This document shows positions 18,397-29,376 of a DNA stretch of 64,000 nt, in pieces. The translations under genes and the position numbers were made by a program. A model generated the notes under the pieces. That model saw only the letters and a program-made list of their open reading frames with translations, did not search any database and was not told the origin of the DNA. Every line of letters begins with the position of its first letter. Position 1 is the stretch's first letter. Source of the DNA: an uncultured Bacteroidota bacterium (GTDB lineage Bacteria; Bacteroidota; Ignavibacteria; UBA10030; UBA6906); NCBI GenBank assembly GCA_963700635.1, contig CAVOYH010000003.1, forward strand, positions 1,696,001-1,760,000, in the 5' to 3' direction.

Positions 18397-19370
18397 GGAT
18401 TCTGCTTGTACACCACGTTCGTCACGACGGTTCCCACAGCCCCCAGGCTCTCCGCACTGCAGTTCTCTGGTGTATCCTGATGCGTGTGCCAGTACCGGTG
18501 CGTCGGGTCCGGGTAATTGAAATCGATGATGTCGATCGTCTTTATGCCGGCTTCGTTCAGCGGGACGTGATCGTCCAGGATTTCTTCCCCTGGCTCATCC
18601 AGAAACTGCTGGACACCCAGTTCCCGTGCTGTATCCCAGACGAGGGACACGATATCCGGCGCATAGCGGACCGAATGGAGTTCTTTCGGGAGATCAAGGT
18701 ACATATCGCCAACCATGTCCAGCAGAATGCCGAACCGGGGGATATAGTCGGAAGGTTTGTTTTTCGCGAAGTATCGGGAACCGATCAGGTACATCCCGTG
18801 GTCGCTTTCTTTTCCGTAATCCTCTCCATCGAAGAGCACGATGTCGACTCCGATCGAGGGGGGAGCTGAGTGGAGGATGGATGCAAGTTCGAGGAGAATG
18901 GCGACGCCGCTGGCGCCGTCGTTCGCCCCCAGGATGGGGGTGTCCCGAAGCTGCGGCCTTTCATCCCGATCGGCCCGCGGGCGTGTGTCCCAGTGGGCGC
19001 AGAGCAGAATTCGGGCTTTCATTCCGGGCCGGAACGAAGCGATAATGTTGGTCAGAGCGAGACGCTCCCCGCCGTAGCCGGCGGTGGCAAAATCCTCCGC
19101 CCGGACCTCATCCGCAAGCGTGCGGAGAGTGGTGAGGAGGTAGGCCCGACAGGCCGCATGACCTGAAGAATTCGGGTTTCTCGGTCCGAAATCCGTTTGC
19201 TGTTTGAGATAGGCAAACGCACGGTCTCCGCTGAACGCAGGGATGGCGCGAACGGCCTCAGCCACGCTGGTGGTCTCCTGTTGTGGCGGAATGCGGTTGT
19301 GTTTTTCCTGTGCCTGCTGGGAGCAGCCAGTGGCCAGGAAGAGAAGGATCAAACCAGGGATTTTCCACAT
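18393..19370 (-). CDS. M28-family lipoprotein, glutaminyl cyclase-like
   Basis: lipobox LATGC; AHWDTR, GANDGASG, FDGED, LDMVG, DDH, WHT..D. Confidence 0.85.
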   Translation of the reverse strand: MWKIPGLILLFLATGCSQQAQEKHNRIPPQQETTSVAEAVRAIPAFSGDRAFAYLKQQTDFGPRNPNSSGHAACRAYLLTTLRTLADEVRAEDFATAGYGGERLALTNIIASFRPGMKARILLCAHWDTRPRADRDERPQLRDTPILGANDGASGVAILLELASILHSAPPSIGVDIVLFDGEDYGKESDHGMYLIGSRYFAKNKPSDYIPRFGILLDMVGDMYLDLPKELHSVRYAPDIVSLVWDTARELGVQQFLDEPGEEILDDHVPLNEAGIKTIDIIDFNYPDPTHRYWHTHQDTPENCSAESLGAVGTVVTNVVYKQNP

Positions 19371-19443
19371 GCCAGTGTGCCGTTGGGGGAGTGTGAAGTT
19401 TGATTATGGTACCAAAATCAGGTTCGAAATGCAAAAACAGGGC

Positions 19444-19472
19444 GCAACCTTTCATGCGATCCGGCCGTCTAA
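19444..19472 (+). promoter_or_regulatory. putative ECF sigma promoter
   Basis: GCAACC-N16-CGTCTAA upstream of the DUF4097 gene. Confidence 0.65.
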
Positions 19473-19515
19473 CTAAGTACACACCGATCATTCACGGCAT
19501 CAGGGAGCATGAATT

Positions 19516-20424
19516 ATGTCAGCTCTACGCTCTGTGGGAGTTCTGCTCATCCTTTCTCTTCTTCTTATTCCGGCAACGCAGGCAGGACAGAAGAAGTTTG
19601 AGAAAACATTCCAGGTCAGTCCGGGGGGGACGTTTACCATTGACACCGACATCGGTACGGTCATGGTGACCGGCTCCTCGTCCAATGAAGTCGTGGTTAC
19701 TGCGGTTATGGAAGGAAGGGACCGCGACATCGAGGAGTTTCACATCGACGCCGCACAGACGGCAGGCGGAGTTGAAGTCAAGGCAAAGGGGAAGAAGGAT
19801 TTTTGGAGATTTCTGAGTGGAAGGGATTTCGACGTGCGTTTCACAGTGTCCGTGCCGTCGCGCTACAATCTGAAACTGGAGACCTCCGGTGGCGACGTCG
19901 AAGTCACTGACATCAAGGGAATGGTCCAGGGAGAGACATCCGGCGGTGATATCCGTTTGACGAAAATCGAAGGGAAGACGAAGGTGGAGACTTCCGGTGG
20001 CGACATCCTGATTGACGGCGTCACAGGAGAGTTGCATGCCGAAACTTCGGGTGGCGACGTCACGGTGAAGGGCGTGGTCGGGGACGTGGATGCCGAAACA
20101 TCGGGAGGGAATGTACGAATTGACGCTGTGGACGGGAAGGTGCACGCCGAGACGTCTGGTGGGAACGTGACGGTCCGGGTCGCCGGGCCGAACAAGGGTA
20201 TTCATGCGGAAACGTCCGGTGGCAACATCACGGTGGTGATCGCACGGAACGTCGGGGCCACGATCGACGCGTCGACGAGCGGCGGTGACGTGGAATGCGA
20301 CCTGGCCGTGACTGTCTCGGGCAAAATCAGCGAATCGCGCGTCAAAGGGACAGTGAACGGAGGGGGGAGTCTCATCTATGCCCACACGTCCGGAGGAAAT
20401 GTCCGCATCAAAGCGGTTGAGTAA
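19516..20424 (+). CDS. DUF4097/adhesin-like beta-repeat secreted protein
   Basis: signal peptide and nine TSGG[DN] repeats, mostly at ~20-aa spacing. Confidence 0.88.
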   Translation: MSALRSVGVLLILSLLLIPATQAGQKKFEKTFQVSPGGTFTIDTDIGTVMVTGSSSNEVVVTAVMEGRDRDIEEFHIDAAQTAGGVEVKAKGKKDFWRFLSGRDFDVRFTVSVPSRYNLKLETSGGDVEVTDIKGMVQGETSGGDIRLTKIEGKTKVETSGGDILIDGVTGELHAETSGGDVTVKGVVGDVDAETSGGNVRIDAVDGKVHAETSGGNVTVRVAGPNKGIHAETSGGNITVVIARNVGATIDASTSGGDVECDLAVTVSGKISESRVKGTVNGGGSLIYAHTSGGNVRIKAVE

Positions 20425-20516
20425 GCGTCAGAACGTGTTCGGTGCGCATCATGATGCCCGGCCGCCTCACCAGGTGGCCGGGCGTACTGTTTCCGGGCCG
20501 GCCCTACATATACAGC

Positions 20517-20545
20517 TTGACACCGCCTCGCATCTTTGTTAGCTT
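20517..20545 (+). promoter_or_regulatory. sigma70-type promoter
   Basis: TTGACA-N17-TAGCTT. Confidence 0.5.
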
Positions 20546-20576
20546 GATATCAGATAGACAGACACGGGAGGAGAAC

Positions 20577-20918
20577 ATGTACTGTCCGAGCTGCAAGGCC
20601 GAATATGTTGAGGGGATCACCGAATGTGCGGATTGCCGCGTTCCACTTGTTGCCGTTCTGCCCCCGGAACCCGACCACAGCGGCGAAGGGTACGTCCGCG
20701 TCCTTTCGACGTACAATGCCGCAGATATCGTTGTTATTCGTTCCATTCTCGACGGGACGGATATTCTCTACTACCTGAAGGGCGAAGAATTCAATGACGT
20801 CAGCCCGCTGATCCAGCCGGCGGATTTGTATGTGTTGCGCAGTCAGGAAAAGTCGGTACGTGAGCTCCTCAAGGATGTCCGTATCCGTTTCACCGGAGTA
20901 TCGGGCCTTGAGGAATAG
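20577..20918 (+). CDS. small zinc-ribbon/DUF2007-like protein
   Basis: MYCPSCKAEY..G...CADC..PLV; RBS GGAGGAG. Confidence 0.75.
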   Translation: MYCPSCKAEYVEGITECADCRVPLVAVLPPEPDHSGEGYVRVLSTYNAADIVVIRSILDGTDILYYLKGEEFNDVSPLIQPADLYVLRSQEKSVRELLKDVRIRFTGVSGLEE

Positions 20919-20928
20919 CGATCCGGGG

Positions 20929-21660
20929 ATGAGTATCCTGCGCGTCGTCTGCGCGTTCGCGCTCGTCGGGCTCGTGCACCCCGGATGCCAGGGAGCAGAC
21001 CAGACGCAGGATCACCGGCGCGAGGCCATGGTCCGCGAACAGCTCGAAGCGCGGGGGATCAGCGACCATGCCACGCTCCATGCCATGAGGACGGTTCCCC
21101 GTCATCTTTTTGTCCCTGACGAATTGATGGACCGTGCTTATGATGACGGCCCGCTGCCGATCGGAGGGGGACAGACGATTTCCCAACCGTACATTGTTGC
21201 GGTGATGACGGAGCTTGCATCGCCCGGTCCGGGGAAGCGCGCGCTGGAAATCGGTACGGGGTCGGGGTATCAGGCTGCAGTGCTCGCGGAGACCTTTGAC
21301 AGCGTGTTTACGATCGAAATCGTCTCCTCCCTTGCCCGCAGTGCACGGGAGCGCCTGGCCCGTCTGGGTTTCCACAGTGTGCAGGTGCGTGAAGGTGATG
21401 GGTATGCGGGGTGGCCGGAGTGTGGGCCGTTTGACGCGATTCTCGTGACGGCCGCCGCACCGGAGATCCCCGGCCCACTTCTGGAACAGCTTGCCGAGGG
21501 GGGGCGTCTCATCATGCCGGTGGGATCCCCCTGGTCCATACAAAACCTCGTTGTGGTGGAACGGCGCGAGGGTCGTCTCCACCGCCGCAACGTCTTTCCT
21601 GTCCGCTTTGTCCCGTTCACACGATCTGATTCGACAGCGAAGGTGCCGGAAGTCCGTTAG
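20929..21660 (+). CDS. pcm: protein-L-isoaspartate O-methyltransferase
   Basis: VPRHLFVP, GQTISQPYIV, LEIGTGSGYQAA, GPFDAI.VTAA. Confidence 0.96.
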   Translation: MSILRVVCAFALVGLVHPGCQGADQTQDHRREAMVREQLEARGISDHATLHAMRTVPRHLFVPDELMDRAYDDGPLPIGGGQTISQPYIVAVMTELASPGPGKRALEIGTGSGYQAAVLAETFDSVFTIEIVSSLARSARERLARLGFHSVQVREGDGYAGWPECGPFDAILVTAAAPEIPGPLLEQLAEGGRLIMPVGSPWSIQNLVVVERREGRLHRRNVFPVRFVPFTRSDSTAKVPEVR

Positions 21661-21754
21661 GTTCGCTCCGAGCGACCGGCGCCACGGCGCCCCTCGATGC
21701 TCTCAGTGCGGTCCGGATGGGGCGCGCATTCTGTTCATACTGTCGGGACGTTGC

Positions 21755-23218
21755 CTAGAGGTCGCTTCTCCGCATCGATGCCAGGATCGTGCCAATGGAG
21801 TCCTGCACGGAGCGATAGGGTCGTGTGGTCCCTGGGGAATTCTGCATGAGAATCGAGAACGCCAGCCATTCGCCGTCCGCCGTACGGACGTAGCCTGAGA
21901 GAGCTGTCACCCCGCTCAACGTCCCTGTCTTGGCGCGAAGATTACCTTCTGCGGTAGTTCCCCGCATGCGTCCCCCGATGGTGCCGTCAACGCCGGCGAT
22001 CGGAAGTGCGTGGTACAGCAGGGGGAAGGCGACGGAATCCCGCTCGACGGCTTCAAGGAGCCGAACAACGGCCGCGGGCGACGTCAGATTGTAGCGTGAT
22101 AACCCAGAACCGTCGGCGATGGAAACGGACGCGGTGTCGATACCGTATTCCGTGAGCATTGCATGCACAAGTCCCCTCCCAAGAGCTGCGCTGCCCGGCA
22201 CCGCATAGGTCCGCGCGGCGACGGTCTTCAGGACGTTCTCCGCAGAGAGGTTATCGCTGACCTTGTTCAGGAAGGTCAGGACCGTATCAATCCCATGGGA
22301 AAAAGTCACCAGCGGGATGCTGGAGGCGGTCGTCGAATCGATCCGGATGGTGTCCACCGCGACGCCGTAGCTACGCAACCGTTCGGCGAAGACTGTTCCT
22401 GCATACAGTTCCGGCCGCCAGAGACTGAGGGTTTCCCGCCGTCTCCGTGAGCCGCGCGCGATCTGGCCTTCGACGGTAATCGTGTTTGACCGCTCGCGCC
22501 ACCTGCGGGAGATCGCGAGCGGAAGTGCCGCTGAATCCTCGACCGTCACGGCTGCGTTTTCCACCGTACAGTAGGCTGTCGGCGGATCGAGCAGGACCGT
22601 CGGAGCTTCGCCGGCGTTCAGGGCGGGAAGGACGGTGACCGTGATGGTGTTGTTGTTGAGGACGAGGGGGGAAAGAAACATCCCGTAGGCAGCGGGCTCT
22701 TCGTCCCAGGTCCACCCCGCACCCCAGTACAGGTCGTCGAAAAACCGTACATCGATTCCCAGCGTCCACGGTGAGCCGGGAGGGAGGCGGCGGACGCAAT
22801 CACGCGCCATCGAATCAAGGTCGGCGGTCGACAGCAGAGGGTCGCCGTAGCCCGCGAGGACGAGGCGGTGCGCGCCGGTATCCGCCCACACAATCGTCGG
22901 AAACTGCGCAGAGGGGCCGAGAGTGTGAAGAGCCGTGACAGAGGTGAAGAGTTTCTGGTTCGATGCGGGATTGAACAGCATATGCTCGTTCAGGGCGTAC
23001 AGGGTCTGCCTGTGCGTCAGAGAGAATACCTTGACACCGAGATTCGAGGGGGGGAAAAGGGAGTCCGGGATGGCGGCATCGATCCGGGCTTTGAGCGATG
23101 GCAGCGGTGAAACACTCAAAGTGGTAATGGGGGGTGGATGTTCCACCAGCGTTGAGCGCGTTGCAGCGCAGCCTGCGAGGAGCATCCCGCCGAGCATGAG
23201 TGTGAGAATACGAAGCAT
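21755..23218 (-). CDS. dacB: D-Ala-D-Ala carboxypeptidase/endopeptidase (PBP4, S13)
   Basis: lipobox LAGC, PASNQK (SxxK), SDN, DGSGLSR, KTGTL. Confidence 0.95.
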   Translation of the reverse strand: MLRILTLMLGGMLLAGCAATRSTLVEHPPPITTLSVSPLPSLKARIDAAIPDSLFPPSNLGVKVFSLTHRQTLYALNEHMLFNPASNQKLFTSVTALHTLGPSAQFPTIVWADTGAHRLVLAGYGDPLLSTADLDSMARDCVRRLPPGSPWTLGIDVRFFDDLYWGAGWTWDEEPAAYGMFLSPLVLNNNTITVTVLPALNAGEAPTVLLDPPTAYCTVENAAVTVEDSAALPLAISRRWRERSNTITVEGQIARGSRRRRETLSLWRPELYAGTVFAERLRSYGVAVDTIRIDSTTASSIPLVTFSHGIDTVLTFLNKVSDNLSAENVLKTVAARTYAVPGSAALGRGLVHAMLTEYGIDTASVSIADGSGLSRYNLTSPAAVVRLLEAVERDSVAFPLLYHALPIAGVDGTIGGRMRGTTAEGNLRAKTGTLSGVTALSGYVRTADGEWLAFSILMQNSPGTTRPYRSVQDSIGTILASMRRSDL

Positions 23219-23350
23219 AGGATCCTCAGGTGAGCATACGGTGATGTACCCCTGAAAATCTATCAACTTTTTGGGGAAATGCAACTCGTTGCTTGGCAGG
23301 TGGATTGTGGTTATATTATTAATCTACGATCATAAGGGTGGTGAGGTACA

Positions 23351-26300
23351 ATGCTGGCAATGATGAGGAAAATGTTCGGGAGCAAACACGAAAAAGACGT
23401 GAAAGCGCTCCTGCCCGTCGTGGCGAAGATCAACGAGCACTTTGAAGCGTATGCGGCGCTTTCCGATGAGCAGCTCCGAGCCAAAACAGACGAGTTCCGT
23501 GGACGGATTGCCGAGGCAATCCGGGAGCATGAAGAGCATATCGCGGCACTCCGGAAGGAACTGCAGGAAAACCTCGAAGCCGGAGGGCGTGAGCGTCTTC
23601 TCGATGAAATTGCCGAAGAGGAAAAAGACCGTGATGCGCTGATCGGCGAGGTGCTCGACGAGATCCTGCCCGAGGCATTCGCAGCGGTCAAAGATGCCTG
23701 CCGGCGTATGAAAGAGCGACAGTGGGCGTTCGACCTTATGGGCAGTCCGGCCATCTGGGATATGGTCCCGTTCGATGTGCAGCTCGTGGGAGGGGTTGTC
23801 CTGCACAGGGGAAAGATCGCCGAAATGGCCACCGGTGAAGGGAAGACTCTCGTCGCGACCATGCCTATCTATCTGAATGCGCTCCCCGGGAGGGGCGTGC
23901 ATCTGGTCACGGTGAACGACTACCTTGCCAAACGTGACAGCATCTGGATGGGCCAGGTCTACGCCTTCCTTGGCCTCACCGTGGGGTGTATTCAGAATAC
24001 GATGGACTCGGCCCAGCGACGCCGGGAGTACGCCTGCGACATCACCTACGGCACCAACAACGAATTCGGGTTCGACTATCTTCGCGACAACATGGTGGTG
24101 GACAAGATCGATCTCGTGGAACGCGAGCATTACTACGCGATCGTCGATGAGGTCGACTCCGTTCTCATCGACGAAGCCCGGACCCCGCTGATCATCAGCG
24201 GTCCGACCAAGAGCGAAGACCACAAGTTCAACGAGATGAGACCCCCCGTGGAACGCCTCGTCGGCGCCCAGAAGGCATTTGTCTCAAAGATCGTTGCAGA
24301 AGCCGAAAAGAATCTTGAGGGCGGCAACGATGCCGATGCGGGTGTACAGTTACTCAGGGCCTTCCGCGGCCTTCCCAAGCACCCCCGGCTGATGAAGATG
24401 CTCAGCGAACCATCGAACAAAAAGCTGCTCCTGCACACGGAGAGTGAATACCTTCGCGATCAATCCCGCCGCATGCATGAGATTGACGACGAACTGCTCT
24501 ACGCGATCGATGAAAAGAACCATCAGATCAATCTGACAGACAAAGGCCGGTCGTACCTGACGCCGATGGTCGGCGACAAGGACTTCTTCGTCCTTCCTGA
24601 CCTGGGGACCGAATTCAGCGTGCTCGAGGGTTCGACGGACCATACGCCCGAGCAGATACGGCAGAAAAAAGACGAGCTCAATCTGCTGTACTCAGAGCGG
24701 AGCGACCGTATCCACACGGTGACCCAATTGCTGCGGGCCTATTCGCTGTACGAGAAAGACGACGAGTATGTCGTGAGCGACGACGGCAAGGTGATGATCG
24801 TCGATGAATTCACGGGCCGTCTTCTCCCGGGGAGGCGCTACTCGGACGGGCTCCATCAGGCGATCGAGGCGAAAGAAGGCGTGAAAGTCGAGCGCGACAT
24901 GCAGACGCTCGCAACAATCACGCTGCAGAACTACTTCCGGTTATACAAGAAGCTCGCGGGGATGACCGGCACGGCCGAGACCGAAGCCGGGGAATTTTTC
25001 GATATCTACAAGCTGGACGTTGTGGTCGTTCCGACCAACAAACCGATGGTCCGAAGCGACATGGACGATTTCGTCTACAAGACCAAGCGGGAGAAGTACA
25101 ACGCCCTTGTGGAAGAGATCGAGCGCATGCGCAACCTCGGGCGCCCGGTACTCGTCGGCACCACCAGCGTTGAAGTTTCCGAGACGATCAGCCGGATGCT
25201 CAAGCGAAAGAACTTCACGCACAATGTCCTGAACGCCAAGCACCATCAGCGCGAAGCAGAGATCGTTGCCCACGCGGGCTTGCCGGGAGTCGTTACGATT
25301 GCCACCAATATGGCAGGTCGCGGCACGGACATCAAACTGGGCCCCGGCGTGCGCGAGGCCGGCGGCCTGCACATCATCGGGACGGAACGGCACGAAGCGC
25401 GGCGCATCGATCGTCAGCTCCGCGGCCGCGCGGGCCGGCAGGGTGATCCTGGATCGTCTCAGTTCTTCCTCTCACTGGAAGACGACCTGATGCGCCTCTT
25501 CGGCAGCGACCGTATCGCCGGCATCATGGAACGGATGGGGCTGAAAGAAGGCGAAGTCATCCAGCACAGGATGATTACCCGCTCCGTCGAACGCGCCCAG
25601 AAAAAAGTCGAGGAAAACAACTTCGGGATCCGTAAACGGCTGCTCGAGTATGACAACGTGATGAACCAGCAGCGGGAGGTTATCTACACCCGCCGGCGCA
25701 AAGCCCTCGTCGCAGACCGCATCAAAGACGACATTCTGGATCTTGTCGAAGAGCACGCACAGAAGCTCGTGGACAAGTACTATGAGGATGGCGAGATTCA
25801 GGGGTTGCAGGATGAACTCCGGGTCGATCTGCTCGTGGACTTGTCCGTGCCGGCCGACCGCTGGCAGGAAATCGGTCCGGATGGCGTCCGGCAGGAAATC
25901 GTGAAGGCTGCCATCGAGTTCTACCATCGAAAAGAAGAAAAACTGGGTATTCCCATGATGGCCCAGATCGAGAAGATGGTGGTGCTCCAGGTGATCGATG
26001 AAAAATGGAAAGACCATCTGCGGGAGATGGATGATCTCAAGGAAGGGATCCACCTCCGGGCGTATGGCCAGAAGGACCCTCTGGTGGAGTACAAGACCGA
26101 GGCGTTCCAGATGTTCATGACCCTGCTCGATCAGATCAGTGTGGAAGCCGTCACGACGGTCTTCCGTCTGTTCCCCGCTCCGTCGCAGCAATTGCCTATC
26201 CGCGGGCCGCGCCGGCAGCAGCAGATGCAGGTGACCCACGATGCGGCGGACGGCATGGGGTACCAGGCCAATCGCGAGCCGGTCGCAGGAGACGGCTCAG

Positions 26301-26431
26301 GATCCCGGTCGTCCGACCATCCTTCCAGAGCAGGGAAACCACAGCCGGTCCACGTCGGGGAAAAAGTTGGACGGAACGACCCGTGCCCGTGCGGCAGCGG
26401 GAAGAAATACAAACAGTGTCATGGGCGATAG
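23351..26431 (+). CDS. secA: preprotein translocase SecA
   Basis: [53 protein letters not shown]. Confidence 0.99.
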   Translation: MLAMMRKMFGSKHEKDVKALLPVVAKINEHFEAYAALSDEQLRAKTDEFRGRIAEAIREHEEHIAALRKELQENLEAGGRERLLDEIAEEEKDRDALIGEVLDEILPEAFAAVKDACRRMKERQWAFDLMGSPAIWDMVPFDVQLVGGVVLHRGKIAEMATGEGKTLVATMPIYLNALPGRGVHLVTVNDYLAKRDSIWMGQVYAFLGLTVGCIQNTMDSAQRRREYACDITYGTNNEFGFDYLRDNMVVDKIDLVEREHYYAIVDEVDSVLIDEARTPLIISGPTKSEDHKFNEMRPPVERLVGAQKAFVSKIVAEAEKNLEGGNDADAGVQLLRAFRGLPKHPRLMKMLSEPSNKKLLLHTESEYLRDQSRRMHEIDDELLYAIDEKNHQINLTDKGRSYLTPMVGDKDFFVLPDLGTEFSVLEGSTDHTPEQIRQKKDELNLLYSERSDRIHTVTQLLRAYSLYEKDDEYVVSDDGKVMIVDEFTGRLLPGRRYSDGLHQAIEAKEGVKVERDMQTLATITLQNYFRLYKKLAGMTGTAETEAGEFFDIYKLDVVVVPTNKPMVRSDMDDFVYKTKREKYNALVEEIERMRNLGRPVLVGTTSVEVSETISRMLKRKNFTHNVLNAKHHQREAEIVAHAGLPGVVTIATNMAGRGTDIKLGPGVREAGGLHIIGTERHEARRIDRQLRGRAGRQGDPGSSQFFLSLEDDLMRLFGSDRIAGIMERMGLKEGEVIQHRMITRSVERAQKKVEENNFGIRKRLLEYDNVMNQQREVIYTRRRKALVADRIKDDILDLVEEHAQKLVDKYYEDGEIQGLQDELRVDLLVDLSVPADRWQEIGPDGVRQEIVKAAIEFYHRKEEKLGIPMMAQIEKMVVLQVIDEKWKDHLREMDDLKEGIHLRAYGQKDPLVEYKTEAFQMFMTLLDQISVEAVTTVFRLFPAPSQQLPIRGPRRQQQMQVTHDAADGMGYQANREPVAGDGSGSRSSDHPSRAGKPQPVHVGEKVGRNDPCPCGSGKKYKQCHGR

Positions 26432-26827
<396 letters not shown>

Positions 26828-26844
26828 CGCCCCGCCAGCTCACT

Positions 26845-27753
26845 ATGGAGGAACAGCAGGTCTTTCGCGCAGGCTACGTCACGCTCATGGGGGAGCCGAA
26901 CGTCGGAAAATCGACTCTCATGAACGGCGTTCTCAAGCAGAAGATCTCCATCGTCAGCAACAAACCCCAGACCACGCGACACCGTATCCTCGGGATCCTT
27001 TCGGAACAGGCGTATCAGGTCATCTTCCTGGATACCCCCGGCATCATCAAGCCGCGCTATTTGTTGCAGGAAGTGATGATGCAATTTGCCACCCGCGCGT
27101 TTGCCGATGCCGACATCCTGTTGTTCATGATCGATGCCACGCAACCCGGCATGGATGGGGATCTCGCGCATGCCGAGGCATTCCGCCATCTCCAGTCGCT
27201 CCACAAGCCGGTGTTCCTTGTCATCAACAAGATCGATCTCGTACCCCGTCCGGCGCTGCTGCCGGTGATACAATTCTACGCAGATGCTTTTCGATTCCTC
27301 GAAGTGTTTCCCGTTTCCGCGCTCACCGGAGAAGGGACCGACGATCTTCTGAAGGCTCTCGTCCCGCTTCTCCCGGTCCATGCTCCCTTCTATCCGCCCG
27401 ATATCGTAAGCGAACACAGTGAACGCTTCTTTGTTTCGGAGATCGTCCGGGAAAAAATCTTTCAGACCTGCCACGAAGAAGTGCCGTATGCGACAACAGT
27501 CGAGGTCATAGAATTCAAGGAGCGGGCATCCGGGAAGTGGTATGTTTCCGCGGATATCACCGTGGAACGGGATTCGCAGAAGGGGATCCTGATCGGAAAG
27601 AAGGGGGCAATGCTGAAAGAAATCGGACTGCGGGCACGCAGGGATGTGGAGACGTTTCTCGGGCACGGGGTGTTCCTTGAGCTCCACGTGAAAGTGCGGG
27701 AGAAGTGGCGCGAAAAAGAAGAGTGGTTGAAGAGGCTGGGATATGGGGAGTAA
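26845..27753 (+). CDS. era: GTPase Era
   Basis: GEPNVGKS, PQTTR, DTPG, NKID, KH domain SQKGILIGKKG. Confidence 0.98.
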   Translation: MEEQQVFRAGYVTLMGEPNVGKSTLMNGVLKQKISIVSNKPQTTRHRILGILSEQAYQVIFLDTPGIIKPRYLLQEVMMQFATRAFADADILLFMIDATQPGMDGDLAHAEAFRHLQSLHKPVFLVINKIDLVPRPALLPVIQFYADAFRFLEVFPVSALTGEGTDDLLKALVPLLPVHAPFYPPDIVSEHSERFFVSEIVREKIFQTCHEEVPYATTVEVIEFKERASGKWYVSADITVERDSQKGILIGKKGAMLKEIGLRARRDVETFLGHGVFLELHVKVREKWREKEEWLKRLGYGE

Positions 27754-27780
27754 TAAAGAGGGAGACACGCTTCACGTCGA

Positions 27781-29280
27781 TTACCACCCGAGACGCGCCT
27801 GAAGAAAGTAGGAACGGGTGTTGACGTAACTGTCGTGCGCGTACGCGGCATCGAGCTGAAGGACCCGGAATATATTCACGCCGATACCCAGCGTCCATTG
27901 CCGGTCGGCCATTCCAAGCCGCCCGGACATCCCGAGTTTCCCTTCCAGGACACCCACACGATACTCCATTCCGATCCGTACTCTGTCAAGGTAGTTCTCA
28001 TATCTGACGTCCCCGGCCGTCAGGTCCGTGATGTCGACGGCGATATCCCACTCCGGTGTGATCGGTTGCCGGGCCCCGATATGGATGAGGAAGGGCAGTT
28101 TCAGATCGAGCGGTGCTTCCATCCTGACCGTTCGTTGCGACACCACAAGCGCAGTATCCCCCGCAGCATTGGTGATGATGTCTCCCGAAGCCGTTCTGGC
28201 GAGTGCGATGCTGGTGGACGCATACGCAGCAGTCCTGGTTGATCGGATGGTCCGGAAGGGGATGATGTTCTGCAGGGATATGCCGACATCCGTTCCGCTC
28301 CCGGGAAAAGTGTAGAGAGCTCCAACGTCGAGGGTGAGGCCGGTAATGCTCTCGGTGAAGTCGTGCCGCACGGCGGAGAGGATTTCATCGAAGTTGTCCG
28401 CGGCGACCCTTTTGTTGGAGAATCTGCGATTCACGATCTTGAATGCTCCCCCGAGGCTCAACCGCTCAGTCACCGGAGTGCCGTAACCGACGGTTCCCAC
28501 CAGGTCAAGATAGGAGACCGCAAACGCCTTGGGCAGAGCGTCTTCGAGTGAGAACGACCCGTTCTCCGTTGTAACCGTCTGGAGGACGGCAGTCAGCTGC
28601 GTCAGGGCCCGTGCAACGCCGGCCCGGTCGTTCAGTGAAACCGGCACGTCAACCCCTGCGAGCGCCTCGACCGTGGCGCTCTGGACCACCTGAAACCCTG
28701 ATTGCAGATTCGCATGGAGGGAAAACCCCCAGTGCCCTACCTGGGCCGTGACGGCCGGGATCACCAGGACGCCGTGTGTCTTGGGGCTGGTGCTCGGACC
28801 GATAACGGTATTGAGCAGGTCCCTCGGGAAGCGTAGACTCTCCTGCAGTGATTGAAGGGCTTTCAGCCTCTGAGCGTCATCGGCAGCGTTTTCGAAAGCG
28901 TCAATCGACCTCTGGATGTCCGAGAGAAATAACGCGTCCTCAAATTCCCTCATGTTCTTCTGGAGGAAGAGAACGGCATCGTAGGTTTCGGTTGGCAGGC
29001 TGGCCTGCACGCTCGGGACTTCGAGGGCGAAGCGTTCGCGGCTGAGGAGGGCGGGATTGTAGGTCAGTGCAGTGAAGGTCGCGCCGAATGCGACCTGCGC
29101 CCGACCCATGCCAATGGCCTTCACGTCTTCACGGTTGACCGATACCGGCATCGCCTGGGCAGGGCAGAGAAGATATTCCGGAGGGAGTTCCGTCCGCGCA
29201 CTGATGTAGTAGCCCTGGGCGAACAGCTGCGACCCGACCAGCATCATCCCCACACAGACCATCCACAGCACACGAGCCAT
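27781..29280 (-). CDS. outer-membrane beta-barrel protein, TraF_2/FadL-like
   Basis: signal peptide, AIGMG.A...ALTYNPALL, terminal YFLQARLGW. Confidence 0.65.
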   Translation of the reverse strand: MARVLWMVCVGMMLVGSQLFAQGYYISARTELPPEYLLCPAQAMPVSVNREDVKAIGMGRAQVAFGATFTALTYNPALLSRERFALEVPSVQASLPTETYDAVLFLQKNMREFEDALFLSDIQRSIDAFENAADDAQRLKALQSLQESLRFPRDLLNTVIGPSTSPKTHGVLVIPAVTAQVGHWGFSLHANLQSGFQVVQSATVEALAGVDVPVSLNDRAGVARALTQLTAVLQTVTTENGSFSLEDALPKAFAVSYLDLVGTVGYGTPVTERLSLGGAFKIVNRRFSNKRVAADNFDEILSAVRHDFTESITGLTLDVGALYTFPGSGTDVGISLQNIIPFRTIRSTRTAAYASTSIALARTASGDIITNAAGDTALVVSQRTVRMEAPLDLKLPFLIHIGARQPITPEWDIAVDITDLTAGDVRYENYLDRVRIGMEYRVGVLEGKLGMSGRLGMADRQWTLGIGVNIFRVLQLDAAYAHDSYVNTRSYFLQARLGW

Positions 29281-29376
29281 GCCTTCCTCCCGGGGTTCTC
29301 TCCAAGCAACAAAAAAGAGTGGTGAAGGTCAATCAGTCTCTATTTCTTTTTGAGCGAATTCGGTATATTTGACCGT

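Noticed and set aside
19880-20400. Regularly spaced ~60-nt DNA repeats (ACxTCxGGxGGC) resembling an array
   Set aside because: They are degenerate at third codon positions and encode TSGG[DN] protein repeats; not CRISPR.
27781-29280. Conjugative element implied by a TraF-like gene
   Set aside because: No relaxase, coupling protein or other tra genes are in the window.
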